Origin: Dehalococcoidia bacterium
GTDB lineage: Bacteria > Chloroflexota > Dehalococcoidia > Lucifugimonadales > UBA3495
Assembly: GCA_965207865.1 (NCBI GenBank)
Contig: CBDBNP010000008.1
Location: forward strand, 973,372-1,037,371
Reading direction: 5' to 3'
Length of the DNA stretch: 64,000 nt
The position numbers and the translations under genes are program-made. Of the stretch, positions 35,266 through 43,309 are shown piece by piece. The first letter of the stretch is position 1, and the number at the start of each line of letters is the position of its first letter. The notes below the pieces were generated by a model that was not told the DNA's origin, ran no database searches, and saw nothing but the letters and a program-made list of their open reading frames with translations.

Positions 35266-36233
35266 CCGATATAACATTCGAGTCGCCGTGGCTGCTGTTC
35301 GTGCTGCTCGCCGTTCCGCTGCTTGCGGCGGTTCCCCATCTTTGGAGGCGCCGGATGGGGTCTCCGGCAATGAGGTACGCCGACACCGGCCTTGTCTCCA
35401 CGGGCGGGCGGTCGCTAAGGCTGCGGCTGATGCCCTTCGTCCCTGCCTTGCGATTCGTTGCCCTGGCGCTGGTCATTGTCGCCGCCGCCCGCCCACAGAT
35501 AGCGGACGCCCGGGAGGTCATCCGGGGCGAAGGTGTGGACATCGCCATTGCGGTGGACATATCGGGCAGCATGGGGCAGACGGACTTTGCCCCGCACCGG
35601 CTGGGAGCCGCCAAGCAGATTATCGCCGAATTCATCGAGGAGCGAGAGTACGACCGCATCGGGCTGGTCGTTTTCTCCCAGGAGGCTTTCATCCAGAGTC
35701 CACCCACCCTGGACCACGATGTGTTGCTACGGCTGCTGAGCGACGTGCACCTGGCTGACCAGCTGGGCATCGAAGACGGCACGGCCATCGGCAGCGGCCT
35801 GGCGACGGCCGCCAACATGCTGAAGGACTCCGGCTCCGAGAGCAGGCTGGTTACCCTGCTCACCGACGGTGTCAACAATTCGGGCCAGTTGGACCCGATT
35901 ACTGTCGCTACCGCAGCAGAGGCCCTCGACATCAAGCTGTACACCATAGGAGTGGGGACTGCTCTGAGCGGGGGAACGGCGGAAGAAAGCCCCCTTGACG
36001 AGGAGACGCTCCGTGAAATCGCCGACATCACCGACGCCAAGTACTACCGGGCCACGGACGCCGAGGGTCTGAGGGACATCTACTCGGAGATTAACGCGCT
36101 GGAGAAAACGGAGGTTGAGGTCCTGATATTCACCCGATACCGGGAGGTCCTGGCCTGGTTTCTTGTGCCGGCCCTGTTGTTGATCCTGCTGGAAGTGCTG
36201 CTCTCCCGGACCTTGTTCAGGAGGATACCGTAG
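35262..36233 (+). CDS. vWA domain membrane protein (BatA-like)
   Basis: The N-terminus FESPWLLFVLLAVPLLA is followed by the MIDAS-type motif IAIAVDISGSM, then LLTDGVNNSG, and a C-terminal TM helix. Confidence 0.85.
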   Translation: MTDITFESPWLLFVLLAVPLLAAVPHLWRRRMGSPAMRYADTGLVSTGGRSLRLRLMPFVPALRFVALALVIVAAARPQIADAREVIRGEGVDIAIAVDISGSMGQTDFAPHRLGAAKQIIAEFIEEREYDRIGLVVFSQEAFIQSPPTLDHDVLLRLLSDVHLADQLGIEDGTAIGSGLATAANMLKDSGSESRLVTLLTDGVNNSGQLDPITVATAAEALDIKLYTIGVGTALSGGTAEESPLDEETLREIADITDAKYYRATDAEGLRDIYSEINALEKTEVEVLIFTRYREVLAWFLVPALLLILLEVLLSRTLFRRIP

Positions 36234-36238
36234 CCGCC

Positions 36239-37276
36239 ATGTCCTTCGGAGTGCCGCAATTCCTGATCCTGCTGGCCGCGCTGCCCGCGCTGGCTATCTT
36301 CCTGTGGTGGGCATGGGCGCGACGTGCCGCCGCGCTGCGACGGATCGGCGACTCCGCCCTCTTCGAACGCTTGGGGCTGACCGCTGGCCGCGGGGTGCGT
36401 CGCGTCCGGCTGGCCCTCTGGTTCATCGGCGTAGCACTGCTGATAGTGTCCCTGGCCCGGCCCCAGTGGGGGAGCGACATCGAAATCGTCGTGCAGGGTG
36501 GGGTCCAGGTCATGGTGGCCCTGGACGTCTCCCGCAGCATGCTGGCCGAGGACCTGAAGCCCACTCGCCTTGACCGCGCCAAGCTGGAGATTTCCGACCT
36601 GATTTCGAGGCTAGAGGGAGACGAGGTCGGCATCGTGCTGTTCTCAGGGGCCAGCTTCGTCCAGTTTCCGCTGACTTCCGACTATGCGACAGCCCGGACC
36701 TACCTGAACCACGCCAGCCCTAACGTCATCACCCGCCAGGGCACGGTCATCGCCGAGGCCATAGACACCGCGATGGGGGGATTCAGCACCGAACGTGAGC
36801 ACCAGAAGGTCATCGTCATAATGACCGACGGCGAAAACCACGAGGGCGATCCCATTACCGCCGCCCGGGAGGCAGCGGAACAGGGAGCCGTGATCTACGC
36901 CGTCGGCCTCGGCTCGCCCGACGGGGCCCCGGTGCCCGAATACGATGAACGTGGGGAAGTCACTGGATACAGCCAGAATGCCGAGGGCCAGGTGCTTATC
37001 TCCAGAATCGATGAGGCCGGGCTGCAACAGATCGCTGAGAGCGGTGGCGGCCGGTACTTCCGGGCAACTGACGGCGGCGCCATCGCCGGGCTGGCCGACG
37101 AGATTGGATCGTTCCAGGACCAGAGCCTCCAGAGCGAATTCAGCCAGAGGAAGGTGGAGCGGTTCCAGCTGTTCCTGCTGGCGGGCGCCCTATGCCTGTC
37201 CCTGGCCGAGCTGACGACCGACCGGCTGTTTATTCCCAGGCGAACAAGGCGGCAAGCACACTCGGAGGGTGCCTGA
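36239..37276 (+). CDS. vWA domain membrane protein (BatB-like)
   Basis: The N-terminal region FGVPQFLILLAALPALAIF is followed by VMVALDVSRSM, then IVIMTDGENHEG, and a C-terminal TM helix. Confidence 0.85.
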   Translation: MSFGVPQFLILLAALPALAIFLWWAWARRAAALRRIGDSALFERLGLTAGRGVRRVRLALWFIGVALLIVSLARPQWGSDIEIVVQGGVQVMVALDVSRSMLAEDLKPTRLDRAKLEISDLISRLEGDEVGIVLFSGASFVQFPLTSDYATARTYLNHASPNVITRQGTVIAEAIDTAMGGFSTEREHQKVIVIMTDGENHEGDPITAAREAAEQGAVIYAVGLGSPDGAPVPEYDERGEVTGYSQNAEGQVLISRIDEAGLQQIAESGGGRYFRATDGGAIAGLADEIGSFQDQSLQSEFSQRKVERFQLFLLAGALCLSLAELTTDRLFIPRRTRRQAHSEGA

Positions 37277-37277
37277 A

Positions 37278-37937
37278 ATGATTGACCTCAGAGTTCTGGT
37301 CGCTGCGATGCTCCTTGCCGCTTGCCTGCTGGCCTGTGGGCCCACACCGGCTCAGGTCAACAATGCGGGCCATGATGCGTACCTGACCGATGACTATGCC
37401 ACAGCCCTGGAGTCCTATCAGGCCGCGCAGCTTCGCGCTCCCGAGTCCGGTGAGCCCTATTACAACTCAGGCAACGCGCTGTACCGAACGGAGGATTACG
37501 AGGAGGCGTTGCAAAGCTACGACGAGTCGCTGCGGCACGCCGGCGGAGAGTTGCGGTCGCGTGGGTTTTTCAACCGCGGCAACGCCGCCTTCCGGCAGGA
37601 AAATTATCCCGACGCCGTGGAGGCATACGAAGAGGTGTTGCGAATGAACCCGGACGACCTCGACGCCAAACACAACCTGGAACTTGCCTTGCGGCGGATG
37701 TCCCCAGAGGACGAGCAACAGCAGGAGGAACAACAGGACGAGGAGGAGCAAGAGCAGCAAGAGGAAGAGGAGCAAGAAGAGGAACAGGACGCAGAATCGC
37801 AGGAACAGGATCAGCCCATAACAGAGACCCAAGCCCGTCAGATCCTGGAATCAGTGGGCGAAGCCGCACAGACCCTTCAGGAACGCCGGGATCAGGTGCT
37901 GGTCTCCCCCAAGCCTCCCAGCGAATTCGACTGGTAG
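37278..37937 (+). CDS. TPR-repeat lipoprotein with an acidic Glu/Gln-rich tail (BatC-like)
   Basis: An ATG at 37278 lies 8 nt after GGAGGG. The protein has the lipobox LLACG, TPR motifs (YNSGNALYRTEDYEEALQSY, FNRGNAAFRQENYPDAVEAY), and the run EDEQQQEEQQDEEEQEQQEEEEQEEEQD. Confidence 0.8.
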   Translation: MIDLRVLVAAMLLAACLLACGPTPAQVNNAGHDAYLTDDYATALESYQAAQLRAPESGEPYYNSGNALYRTEDYEEALQSYDESLRHAGGELRSRGFFNRGNAAFRQENYPDAVEAYEEVLRMNPDDLDAKHNLELALRRMSPEDEQQQEEQQDEEEQEQQEEEEQEEEQDAESQEQDQPITETQARQILESVGEAAQTLQERRDQVLVSPKPPSEFDW

Positions 37938-37945
37938 CCGAATAC

Positions 37946-39346
37946 ATGGCAAGGCCAACGCACATACGCCTATTCCTGACTGTCGTCTCCATTGCCATCC
38001 TGGCGATGGCGGCGGTAGCCGTCCCGTCCGCCAACGCCCAGTCGCCCCCCGGCGAGGCGCTGTTCCTCAGGGCGTCGGTGGACAATGACCACCCCTACTT
38101 GGGACAGCAAATTACCTACAGCCTGAAGATCTACCAAAACAGGGACGCCAACCTGTCTTCCGTGCGGGTGACGTACAACGCGCCGGACTTTGCCGGTTTC
38201 TGGAACAGCCAGGAGACGAGACAGGAAGAGTACGACGAAACCGTAGGCACCAGCAACTACCGGGTTGTCGAGGTGCGAACCGTGCTGTTCGCCAGCATCG
38301 TGGGAGCCGGGGAGATCCAGCCCGCAATGTTAGAGGTCTCGACCGGAGCGCCAGGTGCCCCAGGCCAACTGCAGAGCGGTGCCGTAGCGGTGGAAGTGCG
38401 CCCCCTGCCCGTCCCGGAGCCAGCGGGGTTCACGGGGGCCGTGGGCAGCTTCGAGGTATCCACGTCCGCGGATGCCACCGAGGGCAATCTCAACGAGCCT
38501 GTGCTGCTCACGTTCGGGATTTCGGGAGAGGGGAATATCGAGGCGCTTCCCGATCCCGAATGGCCAGAGTACGCCGGTTGGCGAGTCATCGAATCGCCTG
38601 TGAGTGTTGAAAGCCAGGTGGTGGCGGGGCAGATCACCGGGGGCCGCACTTACGAGATTGTCCTGATGCCGGAACAGGCCGGGGGGCTGACTATTCCCGC
38701 GATTCGTTATCCCTATTTCGACCCGGTGCTGGAGCAGTATGTTGAACTTTCCACTGCCCCGATCACAGTGAGTATCGGAGACGTGGCGGGTGCCCCGGCG
38801 GTCCCTTCACTGCCGGCGGTTGAGGAAACCAGGGAGCAAGCCTTGGAAATGCGGCCGATCAAGTCCGTGCCTTCTTCACTGCGTCAACCCGGAACAGAAC
38901 TGCCGGATAGCCCGGCGTACTGGGCTGCATGGGCCATCCCCGCGCTCGTCATTGCCGGGGCGCTGGTATGGCGGAGGCGAAGTGCCTCGCAGGAGGCCTC
39001 GCGCGCCGAGGTCCTGCGCAACAACGCCCTGCCCGACGCCCGGGCGGCGTTGGCCCGAGCGGCGGCTTCCGGCAGTGACCCCACGGTGGCCGCCTCCGAA
39101 GCAATGCTGTCCTACCTCTCCGCACGGCTGCAAACGCAGGTGAACGGGGTGACCCGCGAGGCGCTCCTCCACAGCCTGCGAGAGGCAGGGGGATCGCCTG
39201 ATCTGGAAGAGAGGGTTGGGGAAGTCCTGACTGCTGGCGAGTCGGCCAGGTACACCCCTCCGGATGTTGGCTCCGCGAGCACTGGCGGCCTAGTTGAGCG
39301 AGTCTCGGAGATGTTGGGCGAACTTGAAGAGGAACTGACGCCATGA
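37946..39346 (+). CDS. BatD-like (oxygen-tolerance family) membrane protein
   Basis: This 466-aa ORF has a signal peptide, beta-rich repeats (ITYSLKIY, GAVGSFEVS, RTYEIVLMP) and a late TM helix AYWAAWAIPALVIAGALVW. It sits at the expected operon position. Confidence 0.7.
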   Translation: MARPTHIRLFLTVVSIAILAMAAVAVPSANAQSPPGEALFLRASVDNDHPYLGQQITYSLKIYQNRDANLSSVRVTYNAPDFAGFWNSQETRQEEYDETVGTSNYRVVEVRTVLFASIVGAGEIQPAMLEVSTGAPGAPGQLQSGAVAVEVRPLPVPEPAGFTGAVGSFEVSTSADATEGNLNEPVLLTFGISGEGNIEALPDPEWPEYAGWRVIESPVSVESQVVAGQITGGRTYEIVLMPEQAGGLTIPAIRYPYFDPVLEQYVELSTAPITVSIGDVAGAPAVPSLPAVEETREQALEMRPIKSVPSSLRQPGTELPDSPAYWAAWAIPALVIAGALVWRRRSASQEASRAEVLRNNALPDARAALARAAASGSDPTVAASEAMLSYLSARLQTQVNGVTREALLHSLREAGGSPDLEERVGEVLTAGESARYTPPDVGSASTGGLVERVSEMLGELEEELTP

Positions 39347-40146
39347 TCCGGCGGCTTGCCCTCCCCGTGGGACTGATGCTGGCTATTGCCGTATTTGCGG
39401 TGCTGGCCAGCGATGTCATGGCCCAGGAACCATCGGCGCAGGACATGATGGCCGAGGCCAACCGGCGATTCGAGCGGGGGGAGTACGCCGAGGCCGCCCA
39501 GCAGTACGAGGTCCTGATTGGCCTGGGGTATCGGGACCCTGCTGTCTACTTCAACCTTGGCAACGCCTACCTGGAGAACGGCGACCTGGGGCGGGCCATC
39601 CTCAACTATCTGCGGGCCGAGGAGCTGTCGCCCCGCGACCCGGACATCATCGCCAACCTGGACCTTGCACGCAGCCGGACGGTGGACCAGTTGCAGGCCG
39701 AGGGAGACTCCCTGGTCGCCAGCGTCGCCGACTTCGGGAGAAGCTGGGCCACGATCACGGAATTCTCAATCGCCGCGCTGCTGCTGTGGGCCGTGGCCGG
39801 GGTCGCCATAAGCTCTGTGATCCTACGCCCGTCCATTCGCGGTAGGGATATTATCCGCGGCGGAGCAGTTGCTGCATTCGTTGTTATGCTCATCCCGCTG
39901 GTGTTGCTGCTGAGCATGATCCTTTCCAATCCCTACGAGAACACCGGCGTGGTCACTGCCAGGACGGTTGAGGTGCGGAGCGGACCAGGGCCGCAGTACG
40001 GCGAGGAGTTCGCCCTGCACAGCGGCGCGCAGGTTCGCCTGGTGGACTCGCGCCACGGCTGGCTGCAGGTCGCCCTGCCAGGCGGTGAACTACAGGGCTG
40101 GCTCCCTGCGCACGCCATCGAGGCCGTGGGGCGGGAAGGGAAATAG
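39343..40146 (+). CDS. TPR plus SH3-domain membrane protein (BatE-like)
   Basis: The start overlaps the upstream stop as ATGA. TPR motifs (YFNLGNAYLENGDLGRAILNY) are followed by two TM helices and a C-terminal bacterial SH3-like segment VEVRSGPGPQYGEEFALHSGAQVRLVDSRHGWLQV. Confidence 0.75.
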   Translation: MIRRLALPVGLMLAIAVFAVLASDVMAQEPSAQDMMAEANRRFERGEYAEAAQQYEVLIGLGYRDPAVYFNLGNAYLENGDLGRAILNYLRAEELSPRDPDIIANLDLARSRTVDQLQAEGDSLVASVADFGRSWATITEFSIAALLLWAVAGVAISSVILRPSIRGRDIIRGGAVAAFVVMLIPLVLLLSMILSNPYENTGVVTARTVEVRSGPGPQYGEEFALHSGAQVRLVDSRHGWLQVALPGGELQGWLPAHAIEAVGREGK

Positions 40147-40306
40147 GATATCCGTTTAGCTTAGGCGCCCGACACATCGAGAATCCAGAGGACTCTTCAA
40201 ATAATAGTCGCGGCATACTGCAGCCCCACTCTTTTCTTCGGCGTAAAACCGCGGGCAATTCTGTACAGTAGGCACGCTTCTGCCAATTGCTAGCGTACCG
40301 TATACA

Positions 40307-41392
40307 TCATCTCGCTCCTGCGTCTACCAGAACTTTCACGAGGTCGGGAAGTTCATCCTTGATCGCTTGCTCAAGAGGTGAAACTCCACTGGCGGATATT
40401 GCATTAACGTCTGCGCCTTCTCCGATCAGGATACGAAGGGTATCGGTGCTGGGTGGGCGACCATGAAATCTGAGACTGTCCTCTTGATTAATGACCACGT
40501 AAAGGATGGGATTGCCAATGGCGGTCTTCGCGTTTACGTCTGCCCCAGCCGCAAGCAGAGCCTCCAAAACCGCAGTGTATGACTCTCGGCCATGGAAACG
40601 GTTGGAATGCTCCTCATCAATCGCCACATAGAGGAGGGGGTTGCCTCTTGCATCAGTTGCGCTATGGTCTGCCCCTGCTGCTAATAGAGTCTGCACAACT
40701 TCCAAGTCGTCATGTAAATTCCTCCCGTGAAAGCGATTGGAAAACAGACCCTTAATGGCATGATAAAGAGGCGGATTGCCACCGGGGCATACCACGTTAA
40801 CGTCCCATTTGGCTTCAATAAGGATCTTCAAACTGGCGGGGTTCCCCGAATTAACCGCATCGCAAACAGCCTTCGAATTGCCCGAGGGTGAAGTACCCGG
40901 TTCGATGGTATTCACGGGCGCAGGAGCACTCGTCGGCCTTGGCGTCGGTTGAGGCGTAGCTGTGGGCTCCGGCGTGGCCGTTGGGTCGGGTGTAGGTGTT
41001 GGCTCAGGTGTACCTGTCGGCTCTGGCGTAACCGCGGGCTCCGGCGTGGCCGTTTGGGTGGGTGTAGGTGTTGGCTCTGGCGTCGGCTCCGGCGTGGCTG
41101 ACGGCAGGGGTGTGAACGTGGGCACCGGCGTGTAGGTTGGGTTTGGGGTGGGAGTTGGCTGCGGAGTGAAGGTGGGTTCTGGCGTGTTCAGCTCGATGGT
41201 GGGCGGCTGGTCCCCTGCCACTGGGGACTCGGTGGTGGGCAGAGTCGAGAACATGCCAGGGGGCGCCGTGGGGGACCCTCCCGGCTCACTGCTATCATTG
41301 CCGCACGCCATTATTGTGAGCAGAGTCAGCGCTGCAACCGCAAATGTCGATGACACCCTGAATAAAGTCCAGATTTCAATCTTGCTGAGCAT
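40307..41392 (-). CDS. Ankyrin-repeat lipoprotein with a long Pro/Thr linker
   Basis: The lipobox is LLTIMACGNDSS. A PT-rich linker (TPEPTPEPTPTPTQTATPEP...) follows, then about 5 ankyrin-like repeats (GNPLLYVAI...LEALLAAGADVNA). I prefer the ATG at 41392 to the GTG at 41425. Confidence 0.8.
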   Translation of the reverse strand: MLSKIEIWTLFRVSSTFAVAALTLLTIMACGNDSSEPGGSPTAPPGMFSTLPTTESPVAGDQPPTIELNTPEPTFTPQPTPTPNPTYTPVPTFTPLPSATPEPTPEPTPTPTQTATPEPAVTPEPTGTPEPTPTPDPTATPEPTATPQPTPRPTSAPAPVNTIEPGTSPSGNSKAVCDAVNSGNPASLKILIEAKWDVNVVCPGGNPPLYHAIKGLFSNRFHGRNLHDDLEVVQTLLAAGADHSATDARGNPLLYVAIDEEHSNRFHGRESYTAVLEALLAAGADVNAKTAIGNPILYVVINQEDSLRFHGRPPSTDTLRILIGEGADVNAISASGVSPLEQAIKDELPDLVKVLVDAGAR

Positions 41393-41464
41393 TCTCCGGG
41401 TTACTCCAAGTCGTATTTGCGTCACCCTTCAAACCCTGTGCCCGGATCAGAGGCCCAGGGCAGT

Positions 41465-42052
41465 CTAGCCACCGTCCATGTCGAGGAGAACCCGAAGTAT
41501 CTCCTCATTCCCCACGGAGACCGCCCGCTCAAGGGCCGAGTCTCCGAAGGCGTTGCGTAAGTCGGCGTCTGCTCCGGCCTCGACCAAGGTGCGCACAATT
41601 TCTACATCGCCCTTGAAAATAGCACGGTGGAGGGCTGGGTCTCCGAAGGCGTTCTTTGCATTCACATCGGCCCCAAGCTCCACGAGGAGACTCACCATGC
41701 TCCCGTGGTCCTTGTCAATGGCCTCATGAAGGGGCGAATCCCCGAAGACGTCCTTTGCATTGACGTCAGCGCCTCCTTCGACAAGGACCCTCACCAGCGC
41801 ATGATCGTTCTTGTCAACGGCCGCGTGCAGCGCCCGACCGCCGGATGGCAACGCCGGTTCATCGTTGGGGCCCGGGCTGGAGGACACTACCCCGTTGGAG
41901 GCGGGGTTTGTCGAGGAATCCTGACTCGGTTCGTTGGTCAGTAAGCCGGCAGTCAGCACGGCGAGCAGGGCCAGCGCCAGCAGGGACACTCCACCCGCAA
42001 CCAGTTTCATTGACCGTCCGGAAACCAGGCGTCTGGCGGACATCTCGCTCAT
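41465..42052 (-). CDS. Ankyrin-repeat membrane-anchored or secreted protein
   Basis: I prefer the internal start MSEMSARR at 42052 because the longer ORF overlaps the upstream gene. The TM/signal segment is LVAGGVSLLALALLAVLTAGLL. Four repeats follow (ALHAAVDKNDHALVRVLVEGGADVNAKD, SPLHEAI..). Confidence 0.8.
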   Translation of the reverse strand: MSEMSARRLVSGRSMKLVAGGVSLLALALLAVLTAGLLTNEPSQDSSTNPASNGVVSSSPGPNDEPALPSGGRALHAAVDKNDHALVRVLVEGGADVNAKDVFGDSPLHEAIDKDHGSMVSLLVELGADVNAKNAFGDPALHRAIFKGDVEIVRTLVEAGADADLRNAFGDSALERAVSVGNEEILRVLLDMDGG

Positions 42053-42116
42053 CTCGAAGCCTCTCCGGGACACATTTGAGATCGGCTTTGGTTGTTTGCC
42101 AGGCTCCGGCCTGCCA

Positions 42117-43208
42117 TTATTCCGTCGCCCCCGCAGCCAGAAGTATATCCTCGATTTCGGTGTGCCCTCGCCAGCGCGCAACATGCAGCAGCGATTCTCC
42201 GTTGTCCCTCTTCGCATTGAGGTCGGCTCCGGCTTCCACGAGGATTCTGAGTGCCTCCGGTTCGTTTCGCCATACTGCGGTGTAAAGCAGGTGATCGCCA
42301 TCTGAGTCTCTGGAGTCGGCCATTGCGCCAGCAGCGATCAGAATCTTGAGCGCCTCCGATTTGTCTCGCCAGATGGCAGTGTACAGGAGGGGATTGTCCT
42401 CGGAATCCACCGCATTGACGTTGGCTCCCGCCTCGACAAGAATATTCAGTGCCTCGAGTTTGCCCTGCCAGATGGTGGTGTACAGAAGCGGGTCGCCGTC
42501 GTCGTCTCTGGCATCAACGTCCGCCCCGGCATCCACGAGGATCTTCAGCGCCTCCAGTTTGTCCCGCCAGATGGCAGTGTACAGCAGGGGGTCTCCGTCC
42601 GAGTCCCTGGCGTCAACGTCTGCCCCTGCGTCGACGAGGATCTGCACCTTTTCCGGTTCGGCCCGCCAGACAGCGGTGTACAGGAGCGGGTCCCCGTCGC
42701 CGTCTCTGGCGTTTACGTCGGCTCCCGCCGCAACGAGACTTCGTACCTCGTCGACGGTGCCCGCCCAGATTGCTCGGTAAAGGGGCGGGTCCCCGTCGCC
42801 GTCTGTAGCGTTGACGTCTGCTCCCGCGTCGACGAGGATCTGCACCTTTTCCGGTTCGGCCCGCCAGACAGCGGTGTACAGGAGCGGGTCCCCGTCGCCG
42901 TCTGTGGCGTTGACGTCTGCTCCCGCCGCAACGAGACTTCGTGCCTCGTCGACGGTGCCTGCCCAGATTGCTTGGTAGAGGGGCGGGTCTTCTTGGGGCA
43001 TCGGCGTGCCAGCCGAATCTGAGGCCGCCCTTGGTACCTGCTCAGGGACGGCCGTCGGGTTGGGGACAGAGGTGGGGACCGGCGTCGCGGCTTCCTTGGG
43101 GGACGAGCCTCTGATGCCGCATGCCCATATCAGCAACACTACCAGCAGAACGACGACGCCTGCAGCAAGCGCCTTGAACCCGTTGCTCCTGAAAAAAGAG
43201 AGTCTCAT
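42117..43208 (-). CDS. Ankyrin-repeat lipoprotein (about 9 tandem 33-aa repeats)
   Basis: An ATG at 43208 lies 5 nt after AGGAG. The lipobox is LLIWACG. The repeats read DGDPLLYTAVWRAEPEKVQILVDAGADVNA. Confidence 0.85.
   Translation of the reverse strand: MRLSFFRSNGFKALAAGVVVLLVVLLIWACGIRGSSPKEAATPVPTSVPNPTAVPEQVPRAASDSAGTPMPQEDPPLYQAIWAGTVDEARSLVAAGADVNATDGDGDPLLYTAVWRAEPEKVQILVDAGADVNATDGDGDPPLYRAIWAGTVDEVRSLVAAGADVNARDGDGDPLLYTAVWRAEPEKVQILVDAGADVDARDSDGDPLLYTAIWRDKLEALKILVDAGADVDARDDDGDPLLYTTIWQGKLEALNILVEAGANVNAVDSEDNPLLYTAIWRDKSEALKILIAAGAMADSRDSDGDHLLYTAVWRNEPEALRILVEAGADLNAKRDNGESLLHVARWRGHTEIEDILLAAGATE
42621..42990. repeat. 198-bp (two-ankyrin-repeat) tandem duplication, about 1.9 copies, few mismatches
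   Basis: The string gcgtcgacgaggatctgcaccttttccggttcggcccgccagacagcggtgtacaggagcgggtccccgtcgccgtct recurs at an offset of 198 nt (copies starting at 42621 and 42819). Confidence 0.85.
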
Positions 43209-43309
43209 ATTCACTCCTGCACGGGCCCCGTACCGACCCAGCCAGTGCGAGTTAGTCACGAATGGGAGCCATAGTGGCTCTTGGGGCTAACAGGCTCCCT
43301 CCGCCTGGT

